Source: a virus. Taken from it: DNA of 64,000 bases. The stretch lies in IMG/VR virus record IMGVR_UViG_3300044904_000300, positions 71,822 to 135,821 of that record; one strand, written 5' to 3'. Below, in pieces: positions 1 to 10,006 of this stretch. Below the pieces are notes generated by a model, which was not told the DNA's origin, did no database searches, and saw only the letters and a program-made list of their open reading frames with translations. The first letter of the stretch is position 1; each line of letters begins with the position of its first letter. A program made the position numbers and the translations under genes.

Positions 1-1023
1 GACGGAGAGGTAAGCAGTCACATAGCTAAAACAGACTGCATGTTGGACATTCAGTTCTCGAACGTCACGTTGATCGTGAACTACACGACAAGTTCTGGCA
101 ACCTTTCCGGGAAGTATCTGGTCACTGCGGCCGGTCCGGTGATGGCGTGGACGGACTTGGGTGTGCCCGCAAACGCCTCTGTTACCGCGGTCAAACTCAT
201 AGGACTGGACCGTAAGGTCGGGTCCGCTAACGACATCGCCAATAACATCCTGACGCTTGGGATCTCTCCTGCGGGGAACACCACCGCAACAGTCCTAGCA
301 GGCACGTCAAACCTAGCGAGCTATACGCTTCCCAACACCGCAGGGTCGTTCAGCACACTTTCGGCGGGAAGTAATACCGCGGTGTCGAGCCTCTATAGTA
401 ACTCCAGTTCATCGGTGCAGATGACTCTTGGACTGGATGTAATCTCCGGGTCCTCGGGTGGGGGCGTCATCATCGATGAGTTTAAGAACCTCGGACTGCT
501 CATTTACTATGCACTTGGAACGACAGTCGGTGCGGTGTGGTCCCGTGTTCCTATCGGCACGAACGGACAGATCTTCACTAGCAACGGAACACTCGGTGGA
601 TGGACGACACTTTCCTATGTGGGCCCGTTCACAGGAACACCCGCAAACGCCCAAGTTCTGACCTGGAACGCAGCCGGAAGCACTTGGTATCCCGCAAACT
701 CATCGGGGGGAACGACTACCCCGGTCGATGACGGGAACAGCGGAACCTCGATCACAATCAACTGGAGCACGGGGTCAACGCACTACTTGAAGATGACCGG
801 GAACTGCACCTTGGCGTTCTCAAATCCAACTGACGGGGGCCGCTATACGCTCCTCGCCAACTCGGGGGCGGGTGGTTTTGTGATGACGTGGCCGGCCAAC
901 GTGAAGTGGGGTCTTGGTGGACAGCCCCTCAACAGCCAGGTCACCAACGTCAACGACCTCTTTACGATGGTGTATCGCTCCAGCGCCAACGTCTACTTTA
1001 TGAGCTACAACTTGGGGTATTAG
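1..1023 (+). CDS. Virion fibre/accessory protein, 5'-truncated by window edge
   Basis: Frame is open from base 1 (no stop before ATG 40). G/S/T/N-rich beta-type sequence; C-terminal domain (TINWSTG..MTGNCT..FSNP..GGRY..TWP..DLFT) is shared with 5850..7565. Confidence 0.7.
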   Translation, partial: DGEVSSHIAKTDCMLDIQFSNVTLIVNYTTSSGNLSGKYLVTAAGPVMAWTDLGVPANASVTAVKLIGLDRKVGSANDIANNILTLGISPAGNTTATVLAGTSNLASYTLPNTAGSFSTLSAGSNTAVSSLYSNSSSSVQMTLGLDVISGSSGGGVIIDEFKNLGLLIYYALGTTVGAVWSRVPIGTNGQIFTSNGTLGGWTTLSYVGPFTGTPANAQVLTWNAAGSTWYPANSSGGTTTPVDDGNSGTSITINWSTGSTHYLKMTGNCTLAFSNPTDGGRYTLLANSGAGGFVMTWPANVKWGLGGQPLNSQVTNVNDLFTMVYRSSANVYFMSYNLGY

Positions 1024-1024
1024 A

Positions 1025-1921
1025 ATGTCCTATACGATTAAAACAGCAGGGACATATCCCATCAATAATAACTCTACAACATTTGCGGCCTGGGGGTCGC
1101 TCATTTCAAATGCGCTGGCTAACTGCGGATGGACGCAGGCCACCGGAGTCGGTACCCAGATTAATTGGAGCACCGTACCAGTTCCCAACACCGCAGTCCA
1201 GTTTCCTGGTTATGAGATTTGGCAAATGAATGATAGCTTGCAGAACACCGCACCCATCTATGTGAAGTTTGAATATGGGGGATACTCCGCGAACCCGACT
1301 ATCCCTCGCATTCGTCTTACGCTTGGGGCTGGTGCAAACTCCTCGGGGAACATCACCGGGAACACCTCCTCTGCTTTGGATATACAGGATTATACGTTTA
1401 GCACATCGTTGTGGCCGTCTTGGTTTTCCGGTGCAAACAACCGTTTTTGTGCTGCGATGTGGGCGGGAGGGGCGGCTGTTTCGTTGATGTTTACTATCGA
1501 ACGCACCGTGGATGCCAACGGAACCCCAACAGGAACCGGAGCATTCGTCGCATCCTGGGTTTATAGCGCAGGAAATAAGCAAGTCGCCTGGACCCCCACA
1601 ACAGGAAACACCACGGCCATCGAAACGTCATTTGGGTTGTTGATGCCCGATGTAAGTGGTGTCGTCTCGGGGTATACGCAGGGTGCTGGCCGAATAGGAA
1701 CGCAACTTGCTTACTATCCGCTGTTTTTTTCCTATGGTCCGTTCTTCCCACCAGGAACGACACTCATGGGTTACTTCAGCGGAGAATTTACAACCGGAGT
1801 ACCTTATACGCTTCCTGTTGGGAACACAACGATGACCTACATAGCACTAGGGAACTCATATTGCGCGAACGTCTCTATACGGTCGGGTGGGAAATCCGCA
1901 TTTTTGATGCGGTGGGAATAG
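1025..1921 (+). CDS. Paralogue 1 of five-gene tandem family, putative virion/receptor-binding protein
   Basis: Shared blocks GW.QATGVGTQINW, GYEIWQMNDSLQNT.PIY, IERT.D..G, C-terminal MRWE. Confidence 0.7.
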   Translation: MSYTIKTAGTYPINNNSTTFAAWGSLISNALANCGWTQATGVGTQINWSTVPVPNTAVQFPGYEIWQMNDSLQNTAPIYVKFEYGGYSANPTIPRIRLTLGAGANSSGNITGNTSSALDIQDYTFSTSLWPSWFSGANNRFCAAMWAGGAAVSLMFTIERTVDANGTPTGTGAFVASWVYSAGNKQVAWTPTTGNTTAIETSFGLLMPDVSGVVSGYTQGAGRIGTQLAYYPLFFSYGPFFPPGTTLMGYFSGEFTTGVPYTLPVGNTTMTYIALGNSYCANVSIRSGGKSAFLMRWE

Positions 1922-1922
1922 T

Positions 1923-2801
1923 ATGAGCTATACTTTGTTAACAACCGCGGCGCCAAATAACAGCACGAATGCGCTATTTGAAGCATGGGGGCAGAGGATC
2001 TCGAACACTCTTGCTAACTGTGGATGGGTGCAGGCCACCGGAGTAGGCACGCAGATCAACTGGGCGACTGCTCCGACACCGAATGCCACGAACCAGTCTA
2101 TTGGCTATGAAATCTGGCAGATGAATGATAGCTTGCAGAACACCACACCTATCTACTTGAAGATCGAATACGGGTCTGGTGGTGGCGCAGCACAACCGGG
2201 GTTATGGGTGACGTTGGGCGCCGGCGCAAACTCCTCGGGGAACATTACAGGAAACACATCGACACGGGTTCAAGCGTCCCTCACGGGAAGTTCGGCAACG
2301 GTGTATAACTGCTACTTCTCTGGTGCGAATAACCGTTTTGCGATGGCGATGTATGGCAGCTCGTATGCTTTGATAGTCGGTGTAGAGCGCACCCTTGACG
2401 CAAATGGGACCCCAACATCAACGGGTGCGACTCTCATGTATGGGGACCAAACAACGATACACAACCAGGTGTCGTGGACCCCCGCAGCGGGAAACACCAC
2501 AGCATGGGAAACCTCATGGGGGTTCCTCACACCAGATTCCACGGTGAATAGCGGAGCACCTGGTGGTGAGCCAAGTGCTACGCAGTTAGCGTATTATCCG
2601 TGCTTCTTCACCGTCGGAGGACCGATGGCCCAGGGTTCGCTATTCCCATGTTATTTCAACGGAGATACCGTCACGGGAACCGCGGTTACTCTTCCATTTG
2701 GAAACACCACGATGACGTTTATGCCACTTGGAAACACGTTCTTCTATAGTGCATCCGTGCGGGGCACTTATAAAACGGCTCTCATGATGAGATGGGACTA
2801 G
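1923..2801 (+). CDS. Paralogue 2 of tandem family
   Basis: Same conserved blocks; ends MMRWD. Confidence 0.7.
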   Translation: MSYTLLTTAAPNNSTNALFEAWGQRISNTLANCGWVQATGVGTQINWATAPTPNATNQSIGYEIWQMNDSLQNTTPIYLKIEYGSGGGAAQPGLWVTLGAGANSSGNITGNTSTRVQASLTGSSATVYNCYFSGANNRFAMAMYGSSYALIVGVERTLDANGTPTSTGATLMYGDQTTIHNQVSWTPAAGNTTAWETSWGFLTPDSTVNSGAPGGEPSATQLAYYPCFFTVGGPMAQGSLFPCYFNGDTVTGTAVTLPFGNTTMTFMPLGNTFFYSASVRGTYKTALMMRWD

Positions 2802-2802
2802 T

Positions 2803-3714
2803 ATGAGCTACACACTTACTGCAAACATGTCGTGTAACGTGACGACGAATACCCAGTTTCGGGCTTGGGGCAGCATTATCTCTTACGCGATGGCCAACTC
2901 GGGATGGGTGCTGACCGCAAACAGCCTCGATTGGTCATCTGCTCCGGCACCAAACGTGGTTTCGCAGACCGTCGGGTGGGAGGTCTGGCGCATGAATGAC
3001 GCGATGCAGAACACCGTTCCTGTCTATCTCTACATCGGGTATGGGTCAACGGCGGCCGCTAACGTCCGTCCTGCGCTGTATATGCGCGTTGGTTCGGGGG
3101 TCAATACTTCGTTCCTTACAGCGGGTGTCGGTCCTCTGACGGGATTTCTGGGCCCGCAGAGTGGAAACATGCAGTTGCAGCCCGGGGCAACCAGCACAAA
3201 TACGACGATGCAGTCTCTGTTCTGCGGGGATACAGGGCGTATGGCGTTCGGGTTATGGTGTCGTGGATCATCCACAAGCACCTATGTGTGTTTCTTCTCT
3301 ATTGAACGCACATGCGATGCGAACGGGAACCCGACAAGCGATGGAGTGTTTGTTATCGACCGTTCGACGGTTTCCCCTTACTATAACCAACTCATGTGGC
3401 ATCCCACGATAGGGCAGATACTATGGGAACCCTCGACCACATCGTTGGCGATACTGAACCCTGCAGCCGGGGGAAGCACGTTGGGGTCGAATACCTCGGT
3501 CTATCCCGTCTACTTCACGCGAGGTGGCGGTCCATTTCTTCAACCGGGGCTTGGTGTGTTTGCGTATTTTCACCCGGAGTTTTCAGCAGGGACCGCAAAT
3601 ACATTCTCGGTCTATGGGAGCAACCACACGTTTATGCCCTTGGGGAATACCGCGTGGTATGGTGGGACCGCGCGAAGTAATAATAGCATCACTTATATGA
3701 TGCGGTGGGAATAA
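2803..3714 (+). CDS. Paralogue 3 of tandem family
   Basis: GWEVWRMNDAMQNTVPVY, IERTCDANG, ends MMRWE. Confidence 0.7.
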   Translation: MSYTLTANMSCNVTTNTQFRAWGSIISYAMANSGWVLTANSLDWSSAPAPNVVSQTVGWEVWRMNDAMQNTVPVYLYIGYGSTAAANVRPALYMRVGSGVNTSFLTAGVGPLTGFLGPQSGNMQLQPGATSTNTTMQSLFCGDTGRMAFGLWCRGSSTSTYVCFFSIERTCDANGNPTSDGVFVIDRSTVSPYYNQLMWHPTIGQILWEPSTTSLAILNPAAGGSTLGSNTSVYPVYFTRGGGPFLQPGLGVFAYFHPEFSAGTANTFSVYGSNHTFMPLGNTAWYGGTARSNNSITYMMRWE

Positions 3715-3717
3715 CAC

Positions 3718-4587
3718 ATGGCTTCAACTCTTCTTTTTGCAAACAGCTACCCCGAGAACACCGGGAATACGACGTTGCTTTGTCTGTATGGCGGCGCCAT
3801 ATCGAATGCGTTTGCGAACGCAGGATGGTTGCGGTCGGCCCAGGGCGGACAAATTGACTGGACCTCCGTAACGGGGAACGCTTCTATGAGCGCGAACTTT
3901 GGCTATGAAATCTGGCAGATGAATGATAGCTTGCAGAACACCACACCTATCTACTTGAAGATCGCGTATCGTAGCGGCGCCGCCCAGGCCAATACTCCCG
4001 CATTTCAGTTCCAGATCGGGAGTGGAACGGATGGAGCAGGCAACCTTATTGGCGTGACGAGCGTGGTGGTCGTCGCGAACACGCAGTTGGCAAACCCTAC
4101 CGCGCAGCCGTGCTTCTTTGTGGGAACTTCTAGTCGTCTTGCGATGGCGTTATGGACGACAGCCACACCCGATACCGGATGTATGTTCTTCTCCATCGAA
4201 CGCACCCATGACGCCGGGGGAAACGATACTGTTGCGGGTGCGATGATGTCGTGTTATGCGTATAATAACAACAGTTTAGGCTCGCAAATATACTGGTCAC
4301 CATTAGGAACTCCGGGTAACGCTACAGAGAACTATGGAGTCTTTGCGACGACACTCACATCGACAGGAAACGTCCTGCAAGTGTATCCGCAATACTATTG
4401 CGATGGGCTCTTTACGAACCCGTCGCTCAACATCATTTGGGCGGTAACAGGCACGGTTACACCCTATGCTCCGGTCTCTATTCCATTCTATGGTGCGACC
4501 CGTCAGTATTTACCGACATTCATCATCAATTCGGCCTCCTACCGAACGGGTACCCTCAACCTGCAACCGATGATCCTTTGGGAGTAA
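3718..4587 (+). CDS. Paralogue 4 of tandem family
   Basis: GYEIWQMNDSLQNTTPIY, IERTHDAGG, ends MILWE. Confidence 0.7.
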   Translation: MASTLLFANSYPENTGNTTLLCLYGGAISNAFANAGWLRSAQGGQIDWTSVTGNASMSANFGYEIWQMNDSLQNTTPIYLKIAYRSGAAQANTPAFQFQIGSGTDGAGNLIGVTSVVVVANTQLANPTAQPCFFVGTSSRLAMALWTTATPDTGCMFFSIERTHDAGGNDTVAGAMMSCYAYNNNSLGSQIYWSPLGTPGNATENYGVFATTLTSTGNVLQVYPQYYCDGLFTNPSLNIIWAVTGTVTPYAPVSIPFYGATRQYLPTFIINSASYRTGTLNLQPMILWE

Positions 4588-4588
4588 C

Positions 4589-5476
4589 ATGGCTTCACTT
4601 CTTCTTTCCGGCGCAAGCCTCAGCCCTAACGCTACGGACAATACGACTTGTCGCGCCACCGGAACTGCATACTCAAATGCCTTCGCAAACGCAGGGTGGA
4701 TACAAGCTACCGGTGTCGGCACGCAAATCAACTGGGGCACGGTGACGGCGAACGGAACAGCCGGGTCCAACCTGGGATACGAAATCTGGCACATGAATGA
4801 TACGCTGCAGAACACCGCGCCCATCTTTCTCAAGATCGAATATGGATGTCCCACTGGCGGCAGCTTCGGGGGATGGATCACTATAGGACAGGGAGCAGAT
4901 AGTGGGGGAAACATTACAGGATTTAGTTTGCCTCGGTACCCTTTCGGGGGTATGGGGTTCAGCCCGTGGGCGCCAACCCCTGTGTTCTTCAGCGGAAACT
5001 CCAATAGACTCGCTATTGGTTGGAGTTACCCGGGAGTGTCGTCAAATACTGGTTCATACGTGTGGAGTATCGAACGCACGCACGATAACTATGGAAACGA
5101 CACCGCAGATGGGTTTTACTTCCAGGAAATCGGTTCGTTTAACACCTCCTACTGCACACAACGCTATGTGAGCTTTAGTGCGGGCCCCGGGCCAGCGGAA
5201 GGAACCACCGGAGTGTTTATGCCCGCGGCGTCTCAGTCTGGGTTAGGTCCTAAGTTCCTCTGGTACCCTATCTGGTTTAATAACGGGGGTATGTACCTTC
5301 CCGCGCCCTCACTTATGCTTACCTGCGGGTGGTCCGCGCAATTTGCCGTGCATGTGCCGGTTACGCTTACGCACTTTGGTCAACCACACACATATTTGCC
5401 TCTCTATTGCTATGGACAAACAAATCGTTCGGGGCAAACCGCAAGTGCAACTCGCGCCATGATGTTATGGGAGTAA
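4589..5476 (+). CDS. Paralogue 5 of tandem family
   Basis: GYEIWHMNDTLQNTAPIF, IERTHDNYG, ends MMLWE. Confidence 0.7.
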   Translation: MASLLLSGASLSPNATDNTTCRATGTAYSNAFANAGWIQATGVGTQINWGTVTANGTAGSNLGYEIWHMNDTLQNTAPIFLKIEYGCPTGGSFGGWITIGQGADSGGNITGFSLPRYPFGGMGFSPWAPTPVFFSGNSNRLAIGWSYPGVSSNTGSYVWSIERTHDNYGNDTADGFYFQEIGSFNTSYCTQRYVSFSAGPGPAEGTTGVFMPAASQSGLGPKFLWYPIWFNNGGMYLPAPSLMLTCGWSAQFAVHVPVTLTHFGQPHTYLPLYCYGQTNRSGQTASATRAMMLWE

Positions 5477-5480
5477 CGCT

Positions 5481-5795
5481 ATGGCGATCAACATCAACAC
5501 CACACCGTCTCAGTTCTCAGGGATTACTTCATTCCCGGCGCCCTCGGTAGTTTCATTTCCGCCTGTAGGAAACGCTGCACCCATTCAAATCGCAGGTATA
5601 TGGAGCCCCGTAAATGCTCCGGTGGGCGACCAACAAATCTATGTCCCTGTCGCGAAGGACCGGATCACCAAGTTCGTTATAGGCTTGGGATACGCAGTAC
5701 CTGGAAGCAGCGGGGTGCAGGTCGCTGCGACGGTCCCAAACTCTAATGCTCTTGCGGAGCGGTACCCGATGATGCCTCCGTCACTCTTGCCCTAA
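5481..5795 (+). CDS. Hypothetical protein closing the paralogue operon
   Basis: 104-aa ORF packed 4 nt after paralogue 5; its stop overlaps a TAAATA motif. Confidence 0.55.
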   Translation: MAININTTPSQFSGITSFPAPSVVSFPPVGNAAPIQIAGIWSPVNAPVGDQQIYVPVAKDRITKFVIGLGYAVPGSSGVQVAATVPNSNALAERYPMMPPSLLP

Positions 5796-5849
5796 ATACT
5801 CATAGGTGTTTCCAACCGGCAAACCTAACAATACGCGAAAGTAGCTCTT

Positions 5850-7565
5850 ATGGCCTTTGTCAATCTCACGCCGACCTCGACATTCACCCAGTGGTATACC
5901 TTCACGAACGACATTGGAACGCTCCTCAATGATCAGGTCCTTGCAAACGGTGTGGTGGCGTTCGGGTCCTTTACACTCGACCCAACGGGAAACATCAACC
6001 TGTGCAATACGTTCTATGCGAATTCCGCGTCGGGTGTCGTCAATGGAAACTTTAGCGTTATCGGGGTTGGTAACACTGTTTTCTTTGGAAACAACTTCCT
6101 GGTTGTCGCTAACACCATCGTCCTCAACCCCGTCACCAGCATCCTCGTCAACACCGCACTCACCGTCAACGCTACCGCAGCGTTCCTGGCAAACATCACC
6201 GCGGTCAACATCGCTTCGTCGGGGACCATCTCTGCTGCAGCACTGCGAGCAGATGGAAACGTCACCGCCAATAACGGGACGTTGGTGGCGCGGCAAGTCT
6301 CGTTCACCACAAACGGCGCGGTCGTCAATAGCACATTTTCGAGCAACCAGAACGACTACACGACAACGGGACTCGATGACGCAGCCGTCTGGTACGCAAA
6401 TCCCACAGCGGACGTGGTGCTCACGGGGCTACAAGGACATAGCGCAGTTAGCGCAGCAGCGGATGGCGCACGAATGCTCTTCCTGCAGAACGTCTCCAGC
6501 ACCAAGAAGATCGTGCTCACACCCGCGAACGGGTCCTCATCCGCGGTCAATCAGTTTGTCGCCAGCGGAGACGTGACCGTTCTTCCTAATACGACGGTCC
6601 TGCTCATCTACACGAAGTCAACCTCGCGGTGGGAAGTCGTCGGGGGGAGTGCGGCGGGAACCTCGGGGTCCTTTACAGACTTGACGATTACCGGTGCGTT
6701 GGGTGTTGGTGGAGTCGCGACGTTCTCCGCGAACCTTGTAGCGATCCCCCTGTATGTCAACCAGGCGACGGGCCGAGTGGGGATTGGGTCAGCTACGCCG
6801 GGGTATCCTCTTGACGTTGTAGGAAACGCAAACTTCCAAAGTGTCGTATTCGTGAGCGACCTCCGAGCAACGAAACTCTCCGTCACCAGCAACGTTGCGT
6901 TTGCGAACATCGCCTTTGCGGCCAACGGCGTCACGATCTTTTCAAACTACATCACCGTCAACGGGTCCGCGGTGTCTTTCATCCAGAACCTTGAAGCGGG
7001 AACGATACTCAGCGATGCGGGTATCACCGCAACGACCTCGGTGGCGGGTGCATCGGGAGCGTTCGCGGGAGCAGTCACCGCTAATAGTATGACTGCAAAC
7101 ACGCTCTATGCCAACCTGGTGAGCGCCAACACCGGGACCTTTGGGTCTTTGGGTGTGGTTTCCGCAAGCAACGCGGTCTTCTCGCGCATCGGTGTGGGTG
7201 GCGCGGTTGATGCGAACGCGATAGCCAAGTTTGTGGGTCAGTATTTCTCGCCCCTTGTCGCTGCGGGAAGCACCGGAACGACGAAAACCCTGGACTGGAA
7301 TAACGGAAACGAACAGTATGCGACGATGACGGGGTCCTGTACCTTTACATTCTCCAACCCTGTTCCTGGTGGCCGGTATGTGGTTCTCCTCAATACGGGC
7401 GCGGGAAGTTTCACTGCGACATGGCCGAGCACCGTGCGGTGGCCTGGTGGAAGTGCACCAACGCTCACGACCGCATCGGGAAAACTTGATCTCTTTACAT
7501 TTGTCTGGAACGATACACTCAGTCTCTACTTTGGCAATTATAGCCAGAACTACTCAGCGAGCTAA
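5850..7565 (+). CDS. Tail fibre-like protein
   Basis: 571 aa, A/N/V/T-rich with GRVGIG-type fibre repeats; C-terminal domain shared with 1..1023. Confidence 0.7.
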   Translation: MAFVNLTPTSTFTQWYTFTNDIGTLLNDQVLANGVVAFGSFTLDPTGNINLCNTFYANSASGVVNGNFSVIGVGNTVFFGNNFLVVANTIVLNPVTSILVNTALTVNATAAFLANITAVNIASSGTISAAALRADGNVTANNGTLVARQVSFTTNGAVVNSTFSSNQNDYTTTGLDDAAVWYANPTADVVLTGLQGHSAVSAAADGARMLFLQNVSSTKKIVLTPANGSSSAVNQFVASGDVTVLPNTTVLLIYTKSTSRWEVVGGSAAGTSGSFTDLTITGALGVGGVATFSANLVAIPLYVNQATGRVGIGSATPGYPLDVVGNANFQSVVFVSDLRATKLSVTSNVAFANIAFAANGVTIFSNYITVNGSAVSFIQNLEAGTILSDAGITATTSVAGASGAFAGAVTANSMTANTLYANLVSANTGTFGSLGVVSASNAVFSRIGVGGAVDANAIAKFVGQYFSPLVAAGSTGTTKTLDWNNGNEQYATMTGSCTFTFSNPVPGGRYVVLLNTGAGSFTATWPSTVRWPGGSAPTLTTASGKLDLFTFVWNDTLSLYFGNYSQNYSAS

Positions 7566-7570
7566 ACACT

Positions 7571-8149
7571 ATGCCGACTGTAACGAAAACGTGGACGTTT
7601 GCCAGTAGCATCGAGGGATGGACGGGCAGCTCGTGGGGCTGGAATGTCGATGGAATTGAAAGTAACGATTCCTTCGGGTCCTATGATCAGATAACCAACG
7701 AGTATCCACTAATCAGCCCTGCTGCGACTTGGCGAGACTGGGGTGTGCCGACAAACGCCACCGCGGTCACAGGAATCGATATCCTTCATGGAAGCCGCAA
7801 GCGGGTGTCGTATGGTAACCTACAGGAATGGGGCGCGGGATTCCAAATTTTTACTGCAGGGTCCTGGCCGACGAGTCCGGTTTCAGTAACGGGTTCTCCT
7901 TTCCAGTTCGGGGCTATTAGTTTGCCGCACATAGGCTACGATAGTGCGTATGTTGATGCCGGAGCCGGCGGACTACCGATTGGCGCAGCGTATCAGTCGC
8001 CCACGACCTCTGTGCAGCTCTACTTCCAGCTTGAGGTGACGAACAAGGTTACAAAAACCGTCGCGTGGGATGTCTTCTTCAATAACTTTACGATAGAACT
8101 GACCTATACGATTCCTTACACGTTCCCGGCGCTCACGGTGGCTCCATAA
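7571..8149 (+). CDS. Virion accessory protein (beta-rich, possibly lectin-like)
   Basis: W.D.GVP.NA..VT and SVQ(L/M)...L.V motifs also occur in 1..1023. Confidence 0.55.
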   Translation: MPTVTKTWTFASSIEGWTGSSWGWNVDGIESNDSFGSYDQITNEYPLISPAATWRDWGVPTNATAVTGIDILHGSRKRVSYGNLQEWGAGFQIFTAGSWPTSPVSVTGSPFQFGAISLPHIGYDSAYVDAGAGGLPIGAAYQSPTTSVQLYFQLEVTNKVTKTVAWDVFFNNFTIELTYTIPYTFPALTVAP

Positions 8150-8166
8150 ATACGACGGATAACCCG

Positions 8167-9147
8167 ATGCCTATTCCTACAACTCGCGACGAATTCAAAG
8201 CGTATTGCCTCCGGGCCTGTGGAGACGGAGTGCTTCAGATCAACGTCACCGACGACCAAGTCGAAGACCGAATGGCTGAAGCGCTATTCTTCTATCAGCA
8301 GTATCACATGGATGCTGTGGAGTCCGTCTACATTCAGCACATGATCACGCCCAGCACGCTTACCCTCACCGATGTGCAGGGATCGTTTGTGATGAACCAG
8401 CGCCTCATCGGGGCCAACTCGCAGTTCAACGCCTTTGTCTATCAGGTCGTCAATACCTCAACGATCACCTACGCAAGCCTCATTCCAAGCAACACCGCGA
8501 ACTTCCTTGTCGGAGAGATGGTATTTGGAGCAACCGAGGGAAACGCGAATACCAACGCAAATGCGATCATTAGTAAGGTAACCCTGGGTGACTATGATAA
8601 CAACTACATCATAGTAGACCCTTCAGTCATCGGTGTGAAACGCATTTTCGCGCCATTCGACTCCCGCATCTCCGCTGATGTGCTGTTTGACCCGCAAAGC
8701 CAGTTCAATATGTCGCTCCTGGCGAACTTCACCAGTAGCTCCGTCATTCCGTATTACATCGGTCGAAGCTATCAGCAGCTCCTCAACGATATGTTCCGAG
8801 GACGCCCAGGTATCCGGTTCCAGCGTTTTACAAACAAGGTGTGCCTGGATATCAGCCTGCAAGCGAACCTCCCACCAGGATACTTCGTGATCGTGGATGG
8901 TGTCGCAGTCTTGGACCCCGAGGAATACCCGCTTATCTGGTCGGACCGCTGGCTTCAACGCTATACTATCGCGTTGATCAAGCGTCAGTGGGGAACAAAC
9001 CTCTCCAAGTATAATGGGATCGCGCTCCCCGGTGGTGTGACGCTAGATGGCGCAACGATGTATACCACCGCACAAGCAGAGTGCGACAAACTGGAAGACG
9101 AACTGCGGAATACTTACCAGGAACCACCTATGTTCATCGTAGGATAA
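8167..9147 (+). CDS. g13: Neck protein gp13
   Basis: TRDEFKAYCLR..G..V.QINV, W...Y..ALIKRQWG.NL.KY.GI.LPGGVTLDG; first gene of the g13-g14-g15 block. Confidence 0.93.
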   Translation: MPIPTTRDEFKAYCLRACGDGVLQINVTDDQVEDRMAEALFFYQQYHMDAVESVYIQHMITPSTLTLTDVQGSFVMNQRLIGANSQFNAFVYQVVNTSTITYASLIPSNTANFLVGEMVFGATEGNANTNANAIISKVTLGDYDNNYIIVDPSVIGVKRIFAPFDSRISADVLFDPQSQFNMSLLANFTSSSVIPYYIGRSYQQLLNDMFRGRPGIRFQRFTNKVCLDISLQANLPPGYFVIVDGVAVLDPEEYPLIWSDRWLQRYTIALIKRQWGTNLSKYNGIALPGGVTLDGATMYTTAQAECDKLEDELRNTYQEPPMFIVG

Positions 9148-9148
9148 C

Positions 9149-10006
9149 ATGGCCCTCAACTCATACTTTAACCAAGTTTCGTTCGCACCAGAGCAAGCGT
9201 TGGTGCAGGACCTTATCGAAGAGGCCATCCAAATCTACGGACATGATGTGTATTACATCCGCAGAGATGTCGTCAATATGGACACGCTCATCGGTGAGGA
9301 CAACTTGCAGAGCTTCAGCGAAGCATGGCCCATCGAGATGTATATAAAGACCCACGATAGTTTCCAGGGCCAGTCGGAGTTTGTGAGCAAGTTCGGGCTG
9401 ATCATCGAGGACCGCATCGACTTGTCTGTCTCCATTCGGCGCTTTCATCAGACGGTCCCCAATATGCTTCGCCCCCGCGAAGGCGACTTGATCTGGATAC
9501 AGATGTCTCCCGTGTGCCGCTACATCTTCGACATCAGGTTCGTAGAAAACCAGGAACAGATGTATCAGTTAGGAAAACTCTACACCTACGAACTGCACTG
9601 CGAGCGTATGAACTTCTCGCACGAACGAGTGACGACGCCCGAGGTCATTATCAACCAGGGCCCGCAACGGGACGCTTATACTATCGATGTTCTGCTTGGT
9701 GCGGGCACGGGTGACTACAACAACGAGGAACAGGTTTATCAAGGTGATAACTACGCGGTGGCGACTGCAACGGGAATGGTGGTGTCGTGGGATAGCGAAG
9801 TGTCGGTGCTCTCGCTGCAGAATATCACCGGAACATTCAGTAATGCTTTGCCAGTTATTGGCGTGGATAGTGGTGCGTCCTACCTACCATTAGCAACTCC
9901 GCTGACGACGCCCATCGCGCACGATCCGATTTCCGACAACCAAGAGCTTCAAACTGATAGCCCCTCTGTGCTTGTGGATAGAGGAAAGAACCCGAGATAC
10001 TCATAA
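9149..10006 (+). CDS. g14: Neck protein gp14
   Basis: EQ.LVQDLI.E.IQIYG.DVYYI, SKFGL, PREGDLI, YQLGKLYTYELHCE. Confidence 0.93.
   Translation: MALNSYFNQVSFAPEQALVQDLIEEAIQIYGHDVYYIRRDVVNMDTLIGEDNLQSFSEAWPIEMYIKTHDSFQGQSEFVSKFGLIIEDRIDLSVSIRRFHQTVPNMLRPREGDLIWIQMSPVCRYIFDIRFVENQEQMYQLGKLYTYELHCERMNFSHERVTTPEVIINQGPQRDAYTIDVLLGAGTGDYNNEEQVYQGDNYAVATATGMVVSWDSEVSVLSLQNITGTFSNALPVIGVDSGASYLPLATPLTTPIAHDPISDNQELQTDSPSVLVDRGKNPRYS

Noticed and set aside
1025-5476. Diversity-generating retroelement or CRISPR explanation for the repeats
   Set aside because: No reverse transcriptase, no adenine-specific TR/VR pair and no regularly spaced repeat-spacer array were seen in the window.
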